In this document: positions 1 through 9,895 of the stretch, piece by piece
Layout of the letters: each line of letters opens with the position of its first letter
How positions within the stretch are numbered: position 1 is the first letter of the stretch
Assembly (NCBI GenBank): GCA_965222375.1
Contig: CBDCTZ010000014.1
Span: 640,001-704,000 of the forward strand
From: Polyangiaceae bacterium
GTDB lineage: Bacteria > Myxococcota_A > Polyangia > Polyangiales > Polyangiaceae
Direction of reading: 5' to 3'
Length of the DNA: 64,000 bases
The notes under the pieces: model-generated
Told to the model about the DNA's origin: nothing
The model's database searches: none
What the model saw: the letters and a program-made list of their open reading frames with translations, nothing else
Made by a program: the position numbers and the translations under genes

Positions 1-231
1 AATGGCAGCCTTTGCAAGGTCCTCCACGCTCTTCGGATCCGTAACGTCACAAGGCACGGCCAGAGCGCGCCGCCCGAGCTTTCGGATCTCCCCCGCAACG
101 CTTTCGATCTCCGCAGTGCTGCGAGCCGCCACGGCGACATCCGCCCCGCGCCCGGCGAGCTCCAACGCCGCGGCGCGGCCGATCCCCCGCCCGCCACCGG
201 TGACTACCGCCGCTTTTCCCGCGAATTCCAC
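1..231 (-). CDS. Short-chain dehydrogenase/reductase, N-terminal part (runs off window)
   Basis: Manual translation from GTG at 231: MEFAGKAAVVTGGGRGIGRAAALELAGRGADVAV...VPCDVTD; TGxxxGIG Rossmann motif. Confidence 0.85.
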   Translation of the reverse strand, partial: MEFAGKAAVVTGGGRGIGRAAALELAGRGADVAVAARSTAEIESVAGEIRKLGRRALAVPCDVTDPKSVEDLAKAAI

Positions 232-276
232 GGCGAGACCCTTGTGCGGGGACGCGCCGAAATCAACCGCGAGGCC

Positions 277-1644
277 TCAGCCTCGCAAATGCCAGGCTTT
301 GGGCTTCAAGAACGTGTCGATGCCCAAGGTCGACAGCGTCGCGCCCATGCCCGAGTGGCCGCGTCCAGACCAGGGCAGCCGTGGACTGACTCGGTCGCAG
401 CAATTCCAGTACGCCGTTCCGACGTCGAGCTCACTGAGGATCCCGTCCGCACGTGCCTTGTCAGCGCTGAACACGGCAGCGGTCAGCCCGTACTCGGTGT
501 CGCCCATCAAGTGCAGCGCCTCGTCGTCCGAGGCGACTTTCATCAAGCCGATGATCGGTCCGAAGCTCTCTTCCTTCATCACGCGCATGTCGTGATCCAC
601 GTCCACCAATACGGTGGGTTGGAAGAAGTAGCCTGGACCCTCGCCCCGCGACCCACCGGTTAGCACCCGCGCACCGCGGTCTCGCGCATCCTTCACCTGC
701 GCTTCGAGATGTTCCTGAGCCAGCTGGCGTCGCGCCAAGGGACCGATGTAGGTCTCGGCGCGCATGGGGTCGCCCACCGCGAAGCCGCGAACGGTCGCCA
801 CGAAGGCATCCACGAACTGTTGCCACACGTTTTCGTGCACGTAGATGCGCTCCACGGCGCAGCAGCTCTGCCCCGTGTTGTAGAACGCACCATCCGCCAG
901 CGCCGCCGCGGCCTGCGCCGGATCCGCGTCGTCGCAGGCGTAGGCTGGGTCTTTGCCTCCCAACTCCAACTGCACCCGAATCATGCGGCTCGCCAGGGCC
1001 TGGGCGATCTTGCTCCCGGTGGCGAAGGAGCCCGTGAAGAACATGCCGTCGATCTTCTGCTCCAGGATCCCCCGTCCCGCCTCAGCACCACCGACGACCG
1101 CGCAGAACACCTCCTTGGGTACCCCCGCCTGCGCCATCAACTCCGCGATGGCCAGACCGCTCAGGGTCGCGTACTCGCTCGGCTTGTAGAGCACGGCGTT
1201 GCCCGTGAGCAGGGCAGGCACGAAGACGTTCGACCCGACGAAGTAGGGATAGTTCCAAGCCGAGATGTTGGCGACCACGCCCAAAGGCTCCAAGCGGATC
1301 TGTTCCTCAGTGCCCGTGTCTCGGCTAGCCACCACGCGAGTCGCGACCTGGGTCGGGGTGTGCTCCAAAAAGAAGTCGAGGCGCTCGCCTAGAGCTGCCA
1401 GCTCGTTGTTCGACTGCGTGATGGGCTTGCCGGTCTCGCGGGTCAGCGTTTCCGCGAGACTCGCCCGCTTGCTCTCGAGCAGTTTCGCGAATGCTGCCAG
1501 ACACTCGGTGCGCTCCTCCACGCTGCGCCGGGCCCACTCGGGTTGGGCGTGTCTTGCCGCCGCCGCCTTCTTTGCGACCACAGCCAGATCGTCTTGCTCG
1601 ACTTCGCGGAGGACCGAGCCGTCGGCGGGGTTTTCGATGCGCAT
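277..1644 (-). CDS. Aldehyde dehydrogenase family protein
   Basis: WNYP, KPSE, FTGS, LELGGKDP, GQSCCA, EESFGP motifs. Confidence 0.95.
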   Translation of the reverse strand: MRIENPADGSVLREVEQDDLAVVAKKAAAARHAQPEWARRSVEERTECLAAFAKLLESKRASLAETLTRETGKPITQSNNELAALGERLDFFLEHTPTQVATRVVASRDTGTEEQIRLEPLGVVANISAWNYPYFVGSNVFVPALLTGNAVLYKPSEYATLSGLAIAELMAQAGVPKEVFCAVVGGAEAGRGILEQKIDGMFFTGSFATGSKIAQALASRMIRVQLELGGKDPAYACDDADPAQAAAALADGAFYNTGQSCCAVERIYVHENVWQQFVDAFVATVRGFAVGDPMRAETYIGPLARRQLAQEHLEAQVKDARDRGARVLTGGSRGEGPGYFFQPTVLVDVDHDMRVMKEESFGPIIGLMKVASDDEALHLMGDTEYGLTAAVFSADKARADGILSELDVGTAYWNCCDRVSPRLPWSGRGHSGMGATLSTLGIDTFLKPKAWHLRG

Positions 1645-1696
1645 GCCGCGGGTTGTAGCGCTCTGCCGCGCAATCCGGTAGCGACATCCAACGAGC

Positions 1697-2443
1697 TCAG
1701 CCCCCGGCCACAGCTTCGGCGAGGATCTGGCCCAAGACGGCGATGGTTTCTCGCCCTTCCGCCGCGGTGGCGCCAGCGGGCGTTCCGAAATAGGCCTGGG
1801 GCCCGCCCGCTTCCTCGAAGCTGTGTTTGCCCTCGCGAATGGCCATGGACAGGCTGGCGGGATTTTCGGGCAACGAACTCTGCACGGTTTCTTTGACCCA
1901 TTCGGGCCGCGCCGCCATCACGATCGAACCTTCGTACTGCCCCGCATGGCAGGCGCCGCTCTTGAATTCGTCCGTGAGACGCAGCGCCCAGGGTTTGCGC
2001 GTCACGTCTGGATACACGACCCGGATCTTACCTTCGCCGTTCAGCGTCTTCTGCGCCGCGTACAGACTGCGGATATGGTTCGGCTCCAAATGCGCGTTGG
2101 CGATAGCCATGAGCGGAAAACCCTGAGCGGCCAGCCCGCGGCCGATATCCACGTACAGGCCCGTTGAAGTCTCCGCACTGATCGACAGCGTCCCGTCGAA
2201 GCCCTCGGCGTAGGTCGCAACCGTATAAGCCACCGGCGGCAACACAACGGCGGTCTTGCCGCCGTTCGAAAGCACTTCGGCCCCCGCCTTCGCCATAGCC
2301 TCCGCGATGATCACGTCCGTGGCCAAGGGCAAGTGCGGACCATGGGCCTCCGTCGCACCCACCGGCAAGATCGCAACCACCTCATTCCGCGACAGGGCGG
2401 CGACTTCGTCGTAGCTCAGAGCCGCAAGTTCCAACACCGGCAT
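1697..2443 (-). CDS. Creatininase/creatinine amidohydrolase family protein
   Basis: LPVGATEAHGPHLPLATD, NAH, HAGQYEGS motifs; start placed at ATG 2443. Confidence 0.9.
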   Translation of the reverse strand: MPVLELAALSYDEVAALSRNEVVAILPVGATEAHGPHLPLATDVIIAEAMAKAGAEVLSNGGKTAVVLPPVAYTVATYAEGFDGTLSISAETSTGLYVDIGRGLAAQGFPLMAIANAHLEPNHIRSLYAAQKTLNGEGKIRVVYPDVTRKPWALRLTDEFKSGACHAGQYEGSIVMAARPEWVKETVQSSLPENPASLSMAIREGKHSFEEAGGPQAYFGTPAGATAAEGRETIAVLGQILAEAVAGG

Positions 2444-2828
2444 CGCCCCATCATCCTCGAAAGCGCATCGAGCTGGGAAGGGATGGTTTTTGGAAGGCAA
2501 CAGAGCTGCCTTGGGCCCAACCCCATGCGTGCACGCCGGTGGCGCCCCGCCCTTGGGCCTCTCCCCCGCGGTCCGAAAATGCGACTACGGCTCTGGTCAT
2601 CGTTTGGGCTCGGGCGGCGTACGACCTCCCTGGCTCGGAAGACAAGGTCGACGTCAGCTACGTCGTCGGCGGAACGTGGAGTGCTCGGAGTGCCCGAGGG
2701 TGCGGCCAGCGCGGTACCTACACGTGAGCAGGCCGCACCCGCGTCCGAGAGCGGTGATGACTACGCCGCCCTCAATCTGTGGCCACCACGGCCGTTGTGC
2801 AGATCAGGGTTTGCGGAGACATAACGAC

Positions 2829-3995
2829 CTATAGATCGTCGACGTAGCCGATTTGGTACTGGTAGCCAGTGTAGCCAGCTTGATTCTGCTGCTCGATGTA
2901 CAACCAACCTCGGTGTTCGCCAGCATCATCGACGATCGAATTCAAAGCCAGCGGGTGCATGTTGCGGTTGTAGCAAGGCCATTCGGCAGACAAAGACAAA
3001 CACGTGCACCAGTTGTTGTAGGCCATCGTGCGCCCCGTCTCGGTGCTCGCCAGGTGATACATGATCTTGCCCGTATAAGGGCCGCTGCAAGCTCCAGTAC
3101 AGACTTTGCTCGAATGAGGAAGCATGGCGTGGAGAGTATAGCCTGCTGAAGACCAGGAGGCCGATGTGAAGCTCGACAAATCGATCACGGTCGGGCCCCA
3201 GTCCCGAGCGCTGATCTTCGAACCGTCCGACGAAGCCCCTGAGGCGCGACCGGTCCACTTTTTCAGCCCGCCGCTCTTTACGATTTCTTGCAGCGTCCGA
3301 AACGTCTTCCAACTCGCGTTGCTGCCATAGCCCCAGCCGTGGGTGATGCCAAAACCAGAGTCTTTGAAGGAAAGCGCCCACATAGCCGGCGTCGACGTCG
3401 GGACGACATCCCATATTTCGTACTTGCCGCTCTTCCAGTTGATTCTGAGCCGAGCTCCTTTTTCGAGAAGCTGAAAGCTGCCTGTCGAAGGGGAATGCTG
3501 TTTCTCTGGGAAAGTCCAGCCTGTTGGTGTGTAGGTGAAACAGTTCTTGGTCACGCCGTTCATGGTGCAGTGATGCTGAGTGTAGGGAGTCTTTCCCTTC
3601 TTCGCTTCGCTGTCCCACTGCCAGAGGGTTGCGGCAACGGAGCCGTCCTTTGAAAAGGTGTAATTTGCATGACGCACCCAGGTAGTGCCTTGGGAGTCGA
3701 GGTTTCCGTACACCAGACTGTAGCGCTCTTTGCCTCCTGGATAGATGCCGCTCACGGAAGCGTCGTCGCCGGCATCCAGTATCTTGCCGGCGCTTCCGCC
3801 GCTTGCTTTGCCGCCGCCGGCCGAGCCCCCGCTGGCTTTCCCTGCGTCACCGCCCGAGCCGCCGATTCCGCTCGCATCAGGCAGAGCATCCAGCGCCGAG
3901 TCTTTCCCAGTACCTCTCCCGCTTGATTCTTCGCCCTCGGTGCACGCAGCAAGCCACAAGCTGAAAACCAAGATCGATATCGTTTGCCAGCTCAT
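2829..3995 (-). CDS. Hypothetical lipoprotein
   Basis: Signal peptide with LAAC lipobox, Gly/Ser linker, globular C-terminal domain. Confidence 0.75.
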   Translation of the reverse strand: MSWQTISILVFSLWLAACTEGEESSGRGTGKDSALDALPDASGIGGSGGDAGKASGGSAGGGKASGGSAGKILDAGDDASVSGIYPGGKERYSLVYGNLDSQGTTWVRHANYTFSKDGSVAATLWQWDSEAKKGKTPYTQHHCTMNGVTKNCFTYTPTGWTFPEKQHSPSTGSFQLLEKGARLRINWKSGKYEIWDVVPTSTPAMWALSFKDSGFGITHGWGYGSNASWKTFRTLQEIVKSGGLKKWTGRASGASSDGSKISARDWGPTVIDLSSFTSASWSSAGYTLHAMLPHSSKVCTGACSGPYTGKIMYHLASTETGRTMAYNNWCTCLSLSAEWPCYNRNMHPLALNSIVDDAGEHRGWLYIEQQNQAGYTGYQYQIGYVDDL

Positions 3996-4023
3996 GAACC
4001 AATTATAGCTGCTCCTACCGAGT

Positions 4024-4163
4024 CCCGCGCCGGACCTCGAAGAAACGGTCGATGACGGGCTTCGTGGTCCATCCCCCCAAAAGTCAGGTCAAGACCTCGT
4101 CGACTCGCTTGAAAGCGCGGCCGGGGAGCCGAGCTTGGTGGAGATGCAGTGCGCCTCGAGTCA
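4024..4163. repeat. Array repeat copy A: ~60-bp motif plus ~80 bp of degenerate DUF1552 3' end
   Basis: cccgcgccggacctcgaagaaacggtcgatgacggg...ccatcccc, then minus-strand RAFKRVDEVLT-stop matching the DUF1552 end RAFKRVNQVLT-stop at 40737. Confidence 0.9.
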
Positions 4164-4299
4164 GCGCCTGGCTTCGGCGCGGGCCGTTGGAGCGTCCGCC
4201 TGTTCGAGCAGGCACTTCGCTAAGATCGCCCGGAATGCCCGGAGAAGGCCAAAGTCTGCAGGAGCGCGCGGGACACGCAAACTGGTGCCGCTCCATCCG

Positions 4300-4440
4300 G
4301 CTCCGTACCGTCGCCAGCGTCCGCGGCACCCGCACTGGTTTCAGTGTGTGCTGCTTGGTACCACCTCGCCGGTTGCACCACGGCCAATCACATTCTGGAT
4401 TCCGTACTCGCCGACGAGAGTTCCTGTGTGACGCCCTATG
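4300..4440 (-). pseudogene. Possible Ser/Thr kinase N-terminal remnant
   Basis: TLVGEYGIQNVIGRGATGEV resembles kinase subdomain I; no continuation. Confidence 0.35.
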
Positions 4441-4551
4441 CCACCGCCGCATGCACCCAACGCGACCAACATCAGTCCGTACTGGACGCTGCCCTCGTCC
4501 GCAGCCTGCGGAAGTTCAAGGTCTGTAGTCAGAGGTGGTAACATCGAAGCC

Positions 4552-4668
4552 ATGATTCCCGATGCCATTCGGCGTCCGTTGTTGGCGATTTTTGGGTTAC
4601 TGATTTTCCTCGGCTGCAAGGGCGAAGCTGCGAAGCAGGAAGCTCCGAGCGCAGCGGTGAGTAGCTAG
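4552..4668 (+). pseudogene. Truncated lipoprotein (signal peptide only)
   Basis: MIPDAIRRPLLAIFGLLIFLGCKGE... stops after 38 aa. Confidence 0.4.
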
Positions 4669-4770
4669 CCCACTTCGATGAAGGAGCGCGGTGCGTCGCC
4701 TGCGGGCGCAGACGGGCACCCGTGCGCCGTCGCCGCATAGGATGTTGGGCCGCCTTCCGCGGCCGAAAGC

Positions 4771-4852
4771 GTGGAGCGCCACAGCCGCAAGCCGGGCGCG
4801 ATGACGCTACGGTGGAGCGCCACAGCCGCAAGCCGGGCGCGATGACGCTACG
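4771..4852. repeat. Perfect 41-bp tandem duplication
   Basis: gtggagcgccacagccgcaagccgggcgcgatgacgctacg at 4771-4811 and 4812-4852. Confidence 0.95.
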
Positions 4853-6305
4853 GGGACTTGACCTCGATGAAGGGTCCGCCGTCGGTGCGCGTGCACGTAA
4901 CGTCCTTCATGCTGGTTGCCTTGCTGTAGTCGCTGACGAGCTCCCAATCCTGCCAACCGTTGGGCGAGATGGCTGTGAAGTCGTGAACCCCGAGACTCAC
5001 CTCGGGATCCGTCCAGCGAGACTTGTCTGCATAGTCAGAACTGAACGCAACCTGCATACCGCCGCCGTCGGAATGGATCACGCCGTACTCCTTGGCCGCT
5101 ACGCAGATCACGTGTTGCGAGCGATTCTCGGTAATGCTCGGGCATTGTACTGAGGCTTTCAGCCGGAAACGTGAACCGTAGAGCGGCTGCTTGCCGGGGC
5201 CGGCTGCCGCAATGTCATAGGTGATGGGATTGTGTGTGGCCGGAGGAACGAAGAGGTCCTTCTTCACTAGCGGATTCTGGAAGGTCAGTCGCATCGCGTG
5301 TTCGATGCGCCCTTCAGCGATCTCGCCGGGGGTGACCAACATGGGCGTGAATGCCAATCCCGCCGCATCAGCCGAGGTGCAACCTTTGCCGCGCAAGTCA
5401 GCGTGCTGCTTCTTGGTAAAGTCCCAAATGGCCACGCAGCCCCCGGCGCGCCCCGGATTGGTTTCTCCGGGAACCTTGCGCAGTTCGCCGTCCATTTCGT
5501 CGCTGCGCCACATTTCATACGCCTTGCCTTCGGCAAAGTGAGCAACAACCAAGTGACAGTCCCCCCCGTCGTAGGGCTCACCGACCGCGCCCTGGATCCC
5601 GGTTGCGCGCCCCTCCGGGAAGTCGGCGTCATTGCAATCCATCGACGCGGCGCCCTGAATACGCGGCGCTAGCGCCCTGTCGAGCACCATGCTCTTCGGA
5701 ACGGGCATCAACGGTGCGTCGCAGCCATTCGAATACCACTGCCTGGACTTGAACCCGTTGGTCGTTAGACGCAGCAACCAGTCTACCTTCTGTGTCGCGG
5801 CATTGGCCTCCAGAACATGATTGGCCCAGATCTCCGGCGGGCCACCGGGGTTGTAGGAAGGGTCTTCCATCGCCAAGTTGATCGCGGCGAAGAACTCACT
5901 TGTGGCCTTGGATCGATAGGTACCTCCGGGCTTGAAGAAGCTGTGCATGTAGTCGACAACGTCTTTCGAGTCTGGAGAAACTGGCCAGCCATCAACTCGT
6001 TGGTTCCAAGGATCTTCCGGGTGTCCAACCTGACCCTTCTTGTTGATGCCATCGCGCTTGCCGGGGCTCGTTTCCCCCCAAACACCGGCCTGAAAGTGCA
6101 ACCTGAGATGCTTGCTGCCTGCCGGGGGCACGAAGGCATCGCTTGCATCCGGGGAGCTCGAATCAGGAAACGCGGCATCCTCCGAACCCGCTTCAACCGG
6201 AGCCGCGTCTGTCTGCGATGCGTCCCCCTGGGGGTCTTGTGCTTCCGACGAGGAGGAGCAGGCGACCAGGCACGTGCTTGCGGCAACCAGCAGGCGGGAA
6301 AACAT
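4848..6305 (-). CDS. Uncharacterised secreted lipoprotein
   Basis: LVAC lipobox after ATG 6305; conserved-looking GDCHLVV..YEMW..TSADAAGL..G.IEHA.R blocks. Confidence 0.8.
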   Translation of the reverse strand: MFSRLLVAASTCLVACSSSSEAQDPQGDASQTDAAPVEAGSEDAAFPDSSSPDASDAFVPPAGSKHLRLHFQAGVWGETSPGKRDGINKKGQVGHPEDPWNQRVDGWPVSPDSKDVVDYMHSFFKPGGTYRSKATSEFFAAINLAMEDPSYNPGGPPEIWANHVLEANAATQKVDWLLRLTTNGFKSRQWYSNGCDAPLMPVPKSMVLDRALAPRIQGAASMDCNDADFPEGRATGIQGAVGEPYDGGDCHLVVAHFAEGKAYEMWRSDEMDGELRKVPGETNPGRAGGCVAIWDFTKKQHADLRGKGCTSADAAGLAFTPMLVTPGEIAEGRIEHAMRLTFQNPLVKKDLFVPPATHNPITYDIAAAGPGKQPLYGSRFRLKASVQCPSITENRSQHVICVAAKEYGVIHSDGGGMQVAFSSDYADKSRWTDPEVSLGVHDFTAISPNGWQDWELVSDYSKATSMKDVTCTRTDGGPFIEVKSP

Positions 6306-6587
6306 GCGCCAGATCGGAGGGGCCATCTCTGTTTCGGCTGTGTTCACTATCAACTCCCGATTGAGAAAGTACTCCAGTTTGGCTGGGCTGGACTTCCGGA
6401 TCAATGCCAAAGGCTTTCGCAACGGCGCCAGCCCAGACCTAGCGCGGCAAAGGTCAGCTTGGCCGCAGCTCGACGGTGAATGCGACCCGGGCGCTCAGAA
6501 ACACGAAGCCGTACGCGCCCGGCACGCCAAGACGGCAGTAGGCCCCGACGCCCGAAATTCCTGGGTGACGGCGTATACTCTGGCGAG

Positions 6588-7910
6588 ATGACCGTCTCGC
6601 CCACGCTGCGTTGGACGGGCTCCTTCGCGGATCCCGAGCTGGAGCGACAGTTGCAGGCGGACCGCGCACAGTGGCTGCGGCGCTGGCTGACGGTTTCCCT
6701 GGGCGTCTCCACGGTCGTGTTCTTGGGCTATGGAGTTCACGATGCCCTCGTCGTGCCCGGCGTACGCTCCGAAGCGTGGTTCGTACGCTACGCGCTCTTC
6801 GCTCCGGTGGCGCTTTTGACACTTGTGGTCGTGCGCAGCAAGTACTTGCCAAAGCTCGGACAATGGCTCGGCCTCATGTACGGCTGCGCCGCGTGCTTCG
6901 TGGTCCTCTACGTCGCCAGCATGGCACCCCGTAGCGCCTTCTACTTGTACGCCTCCTACGCGGTGATGTTTGTGACCCTCGGCCCCTTCGTCGCCCGGCT
7001 GAACGTAGCCACTCAGCTCATTTTCACGGTCATCGTTCTGGGCATGTACCATTGGCTCGATACGCGTAGCGGCGGCATCATTCGCCTCTCTATTTCATCG
7101 ACCCTGGTCTCCCTCGGTGGTCTCGGTGCGATCCTGGCGTATCAGTTGGAAAAGAGCGAGCGCCTCAGCTTCGCGCAGCGGCGCCTGATCACGGCGCAGA
7201 TGGGCGAGCTCGAAGAGGAGCGCGCACGCAGCGAAGAGCTGCTGCTCAACGTGCTGCCGCCCACCATCGCCCAGCGCCTCAAGAACGAGTCGCGCAGCAT
7301 CGCTGACGGCTTCGAAAACGTGTCGGTGCTGTTCGCGGATATCGTCGGCTTCACCACCATGAGCCAACGCCTCAGTCCTGAAGAGTTAGTCGATCGACTA
7401 AACCAGGTCTTTTCCAGTTTTGACGACCTCGTCGACAAGCTGAAGCTCGAAAAGATCAAAACCATCGGCGACGCCTACATGGTGGCCGGCGGCTTGCACA
7501 GCCTCGAATACGATCACGCTCAAGCCGTTGCCGAAATGGCCCTGGCCATGAAGCGCCGGCTGCACGAATTCAGCGCGAAGTTCGGTGAGAGCTTGGACAT
7601 TCGCATCGGGATCCACACGGGCCCGGTCGTCGCCGGCGTCATCGGCAAGAAGAAGTTCATTTACGACGTGTGGGGCGACACCGTGAATACCGCCAGCCGA
7701 ATGGAGTCCCACGCCGAGCCCGGCGCGATTCAAGTCACCCAAGATAGCTACGAGCTATTGAAGGACAACTACGAATTCGAGGAGCGCGGCGCCATCGAGG
7801 TCAAGGGCAAGGGCCCCATGCGCACCTACTACTTGCTGCGCCGCCTGCCCGACAAGAAGGCGAAGAACCCCATGGCCAAGACCTTCGTTCCCCGCAAGCT
7901 GCCCGTGTAG
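6588..7910 (+). CDS. Membrane-anchored class III adenylate cyclase
   Basis: About 6 TM helices, LLLNVLP helix, FADIVGFT, EKIKTIGD, YDVWGDTVNTASRME; K/D specificity residues point to ATP. Confidence 0.93.
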   Translation: MTVSPTLRWTGSFADPELERQLQADRAQWLRRWLTVSLGVSTVVFLGYGVHDALVVPGVRSEAWFVRYALFAPVALLTLVVVRSKYLPKLGQWLGLMYGCAACFVVLYVASMAPRSAFYLYASYAVMFVTLGPFVARLNVATQLIFTVIVLGMYHWLDTRSGGIIRLSISSTLVSLGGLGAILAYQLEKSERLSFAQRRLITAQMGELEEERARSEELLLNVLPPTIAQRLKNESRSIADGFENVSVLFADIVGFTTMSQRLSPEELVDRLNQVFSSFDDLVDKLKLEKIKTIGDAYMVAGGLHSLEYDHAQAVAEMALAMKRRLHEFSAKFGESLDIRIGIHTGPVVAGVIGKKKFIYDVWGDTVNTASRMESHAEPGAIQVTQDSYELLKDNYEFEERGAIEVKGKGPMRTYYLLRRLPDKKAKNPMAKTFVPRKLPV

Positions 7911-7955
7911 CTCGGCAACCGCGCAGGCCGCGCTGCCGTAGCCATTTCGACAATC

Positions 7956-8595
7956 GTGCCTACCATCGCCTCGACCAAGAAGCTGCTCGCGGAAGTACGT
8001 GCCTGTAGCCTATGCGAGGCGCAGCTACCCATAGGCCCACGTCCAGTGCTTCAGCTCCACGGCGGCGCCCGGGTGCTCATTGCGGGGCAAGCGCCGGACG
8101 CAAAGTGCACGAAACTGGCGTGCCCTTCGACGATGCCAGCGGGGACCGCCTGCGCGAGTGGATGGGCGTCACTCGCGAGCAGTTCTACGATCCCAAGCGC
8201 ATCGCCATCTTGCCCATGGGCTTCTGCTTCCCGGGCAGCGGAAAGTCCGGCGATTTGCCCCCGCGCCCCGAGTGCCCTCCAGCCTGGCGCGAGCAGTTGC
8301 TGACGCACCTACCCAAGTTGGAGCACACCCTGGTGATCGGAAAGTACGCGCAGAGCTACCACCTCCCCGACGGCAGAGGCGGCGTGACCGAAGTGGTTCG
8401 AGACTGGCGCGCCCACTGGCCAGAGGTGTTGCCGCTGCCTCACCCCAGCCCCCGCAACAACATCTGGCTCAAGAAGAAGCCATGGTTTCCCCGCTGCCTC
8501 ACCCCAGCCCCCGCAACAACATCTGGCTCAAGAAGAACCCATGGTTTCCCCGCAGCGTATTGCCAGCGTTGCGCACGCGCGTAGCACTGTTGATC
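7956..8595 (+). pseudogene. Uracil-DNA glycosylase family protein, frameshifted
   Basis: CSLC...GQAP in one frame, continuing as RKVHETGVPFDDASGDRLREW...LPHPSPRN in another (shift near 8096); 59-bp duplication adds a second shift. Confidence 0.85.
8432..8553. repeat. 59-bp tandem duplication (1 mismatch) inside the UDG gene
   Basis: ccgctgcctcaccccagcccccgcaacaacatctggctcaagaagaa(g/c)ccatggtttcc at 8432 and 8491. Confidence 0.95.
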
Positions 8596-8631
8596 TGGAC
8601 GCACCCCTCGCGTCGGCCGCCTCTCTTCGAC

Positions 8632-9150
8632 TCAAGGCCCATTCACTTTGTGCGGCGGCATGGGGACGCATTCCGCGCTAATGCACTCCAACGGCCAACC
8701 TTCGGATAGGTCGTCAGGTCGCTGGCTGCCAGCACAATCCGCCATGGTCTTGCATGAGCTGGGGCATCGCGCGTTTCGACAGCGATACGGATAGCAGTCG
8801 GTCTCGGAGCCATCGCGCCTTCGCAGCCTGCGGAAGTTCAGACAGTGGCTTCCCATCGCCGGCTTTCTCGCCTCGAGCTTCACGCCTTTGTGCGCTGGCG
8901 AAACTGGCTTGGTCCCTTCGACCTGCGCATCCCTGGGCGCCAGCGCATCGGGCGTGCTGCTTGGTCTTGCATCTCTGGGTGCTGGGTCTTCGACCACGGG
9001 TTCAGCCGCCAGTGGCTCCGGCGGCGTGGGGCTCTGCGCAGCTCCGGTCGCAACGGAGTTGGCCGGTGGCGAGGCAGGCGCGGGCCGATCGCAGCCCATG
9101 ACTCCGCTCGAAAACACGAAAACCATCGTGCAAAACTGACGCGTCCGCAT
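8632..9150 (-). CDS. Small Cys-rich lipoprotein
   Basis: VMGC lipobox, Pro-rich linker, Cys-rich C-terminal domain. Confidence 0.65.
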   Translation of the reverse strand: MRTRQFCTMVFVFSSGVMGCDRPAPASPPANSVATGAAQSPTPPEPLAAEPVVEDPAPRDARPSSTPDALAPRDAQVEGTKPVSPAHKGVKLEARKPAMGSHCLNFRRLRRRDGSETDCYPYRCRNARCPSSCKTMADCAGSQRPDDLSEGWPLECISAECVPMPPHKVNGP

Positions 9151-9298
9151 AGCGCCTACCTAGCACGTCGCCCCTCGTCCGCAGCGGCTCCCCAAATTGT
9201 GCCCACCCACTCATTGAGGGTGGGCAGTGAGGTTGGTTCATCGGCCATCTGCGAGACCGGTTGCGTGTTGATTCAGCCCGAACGCCCAATCGCGTGTG

Positions 9299-9362
9299 GG
9301 GCCCCGCGCCGCGCCTTGCAGAACTGTCGATGACGGACTGCTGGGCCCATCCCCAAAACCAA
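9299..9362. repeat. Array repeat copy B (motif only)
   Basis: ggccccgcgccgcgccttgcagaactgtcgatgacggactgctgggcccatccccaaaacc. Confidence 0.85.
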
Positions 9363-9366
9363 GACA

Positions 9367-9779
9367 TGACAACCCTGGGTCGCGGATTGATCACGGCCTC
9401 GCGCTACTTTGACGGGGCCGACCCCGGTGCTGTGACGACCTCCGGCGGCGTCTTCGGGTGCTTTCGCTATGTGCCGTCGCGGAATGTATTTGCCCGAGCC
9501 AACGACGTCGATGAAAACGTGTTCGTGCTGCGCATGGCGGCGGGCACGGGAACGCTGTTGCCCACGCCACCGGACGGCAGTGTGAGCGGGTCGGGCGGTG
9601 CAGCGGGCAGCGGTGGCGGTTCCAGTGGCGGAGGAGGTGCGAGTTCGGGCGGCGCTGGCGCAGCAAACGATGACGACGGCGGGTGCGGCTGTAGCGCGCC
9701 AGCGCGAGCCCCCGGTGCGTGGCTACTGAGCCTTGCGGCACTCTCCGTCCTGTGGGCGTTTCGTCGCCGTTGGACGTGA
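9367..9779 (+). pseudogene. C-terminal fragment of a MYXO-CTERM surface protein
   Basis: DDDGGCGC...AWLLSLAALSVLWAFRRR tail; no signal peptide; begins right at repeat B. Confidence 0.7.
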
Positions 9780-9895
9780 CGACGCTTCTTGCGCCTAGGG
9801 GCTTCGCCGCGATCCAAGGGGTTGTCCTGGCGCTGAGTTGCCCCCTGACTCGAGGCTATTGGACGGTGGGCGGCGGCGACGCTAGCTTGTCGCCG

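Noticed and set aside
2511..2525. ttgggcccaacccc as another motif copy at the left border
   Set aside because: Too short and GC-rich to distinguish from chance.
4500..4518. 19-bp match cgcagcctgcggaagttca to about 8822
   Set aside because: Isolated with no flanking similarity; meaning cannot be supported.
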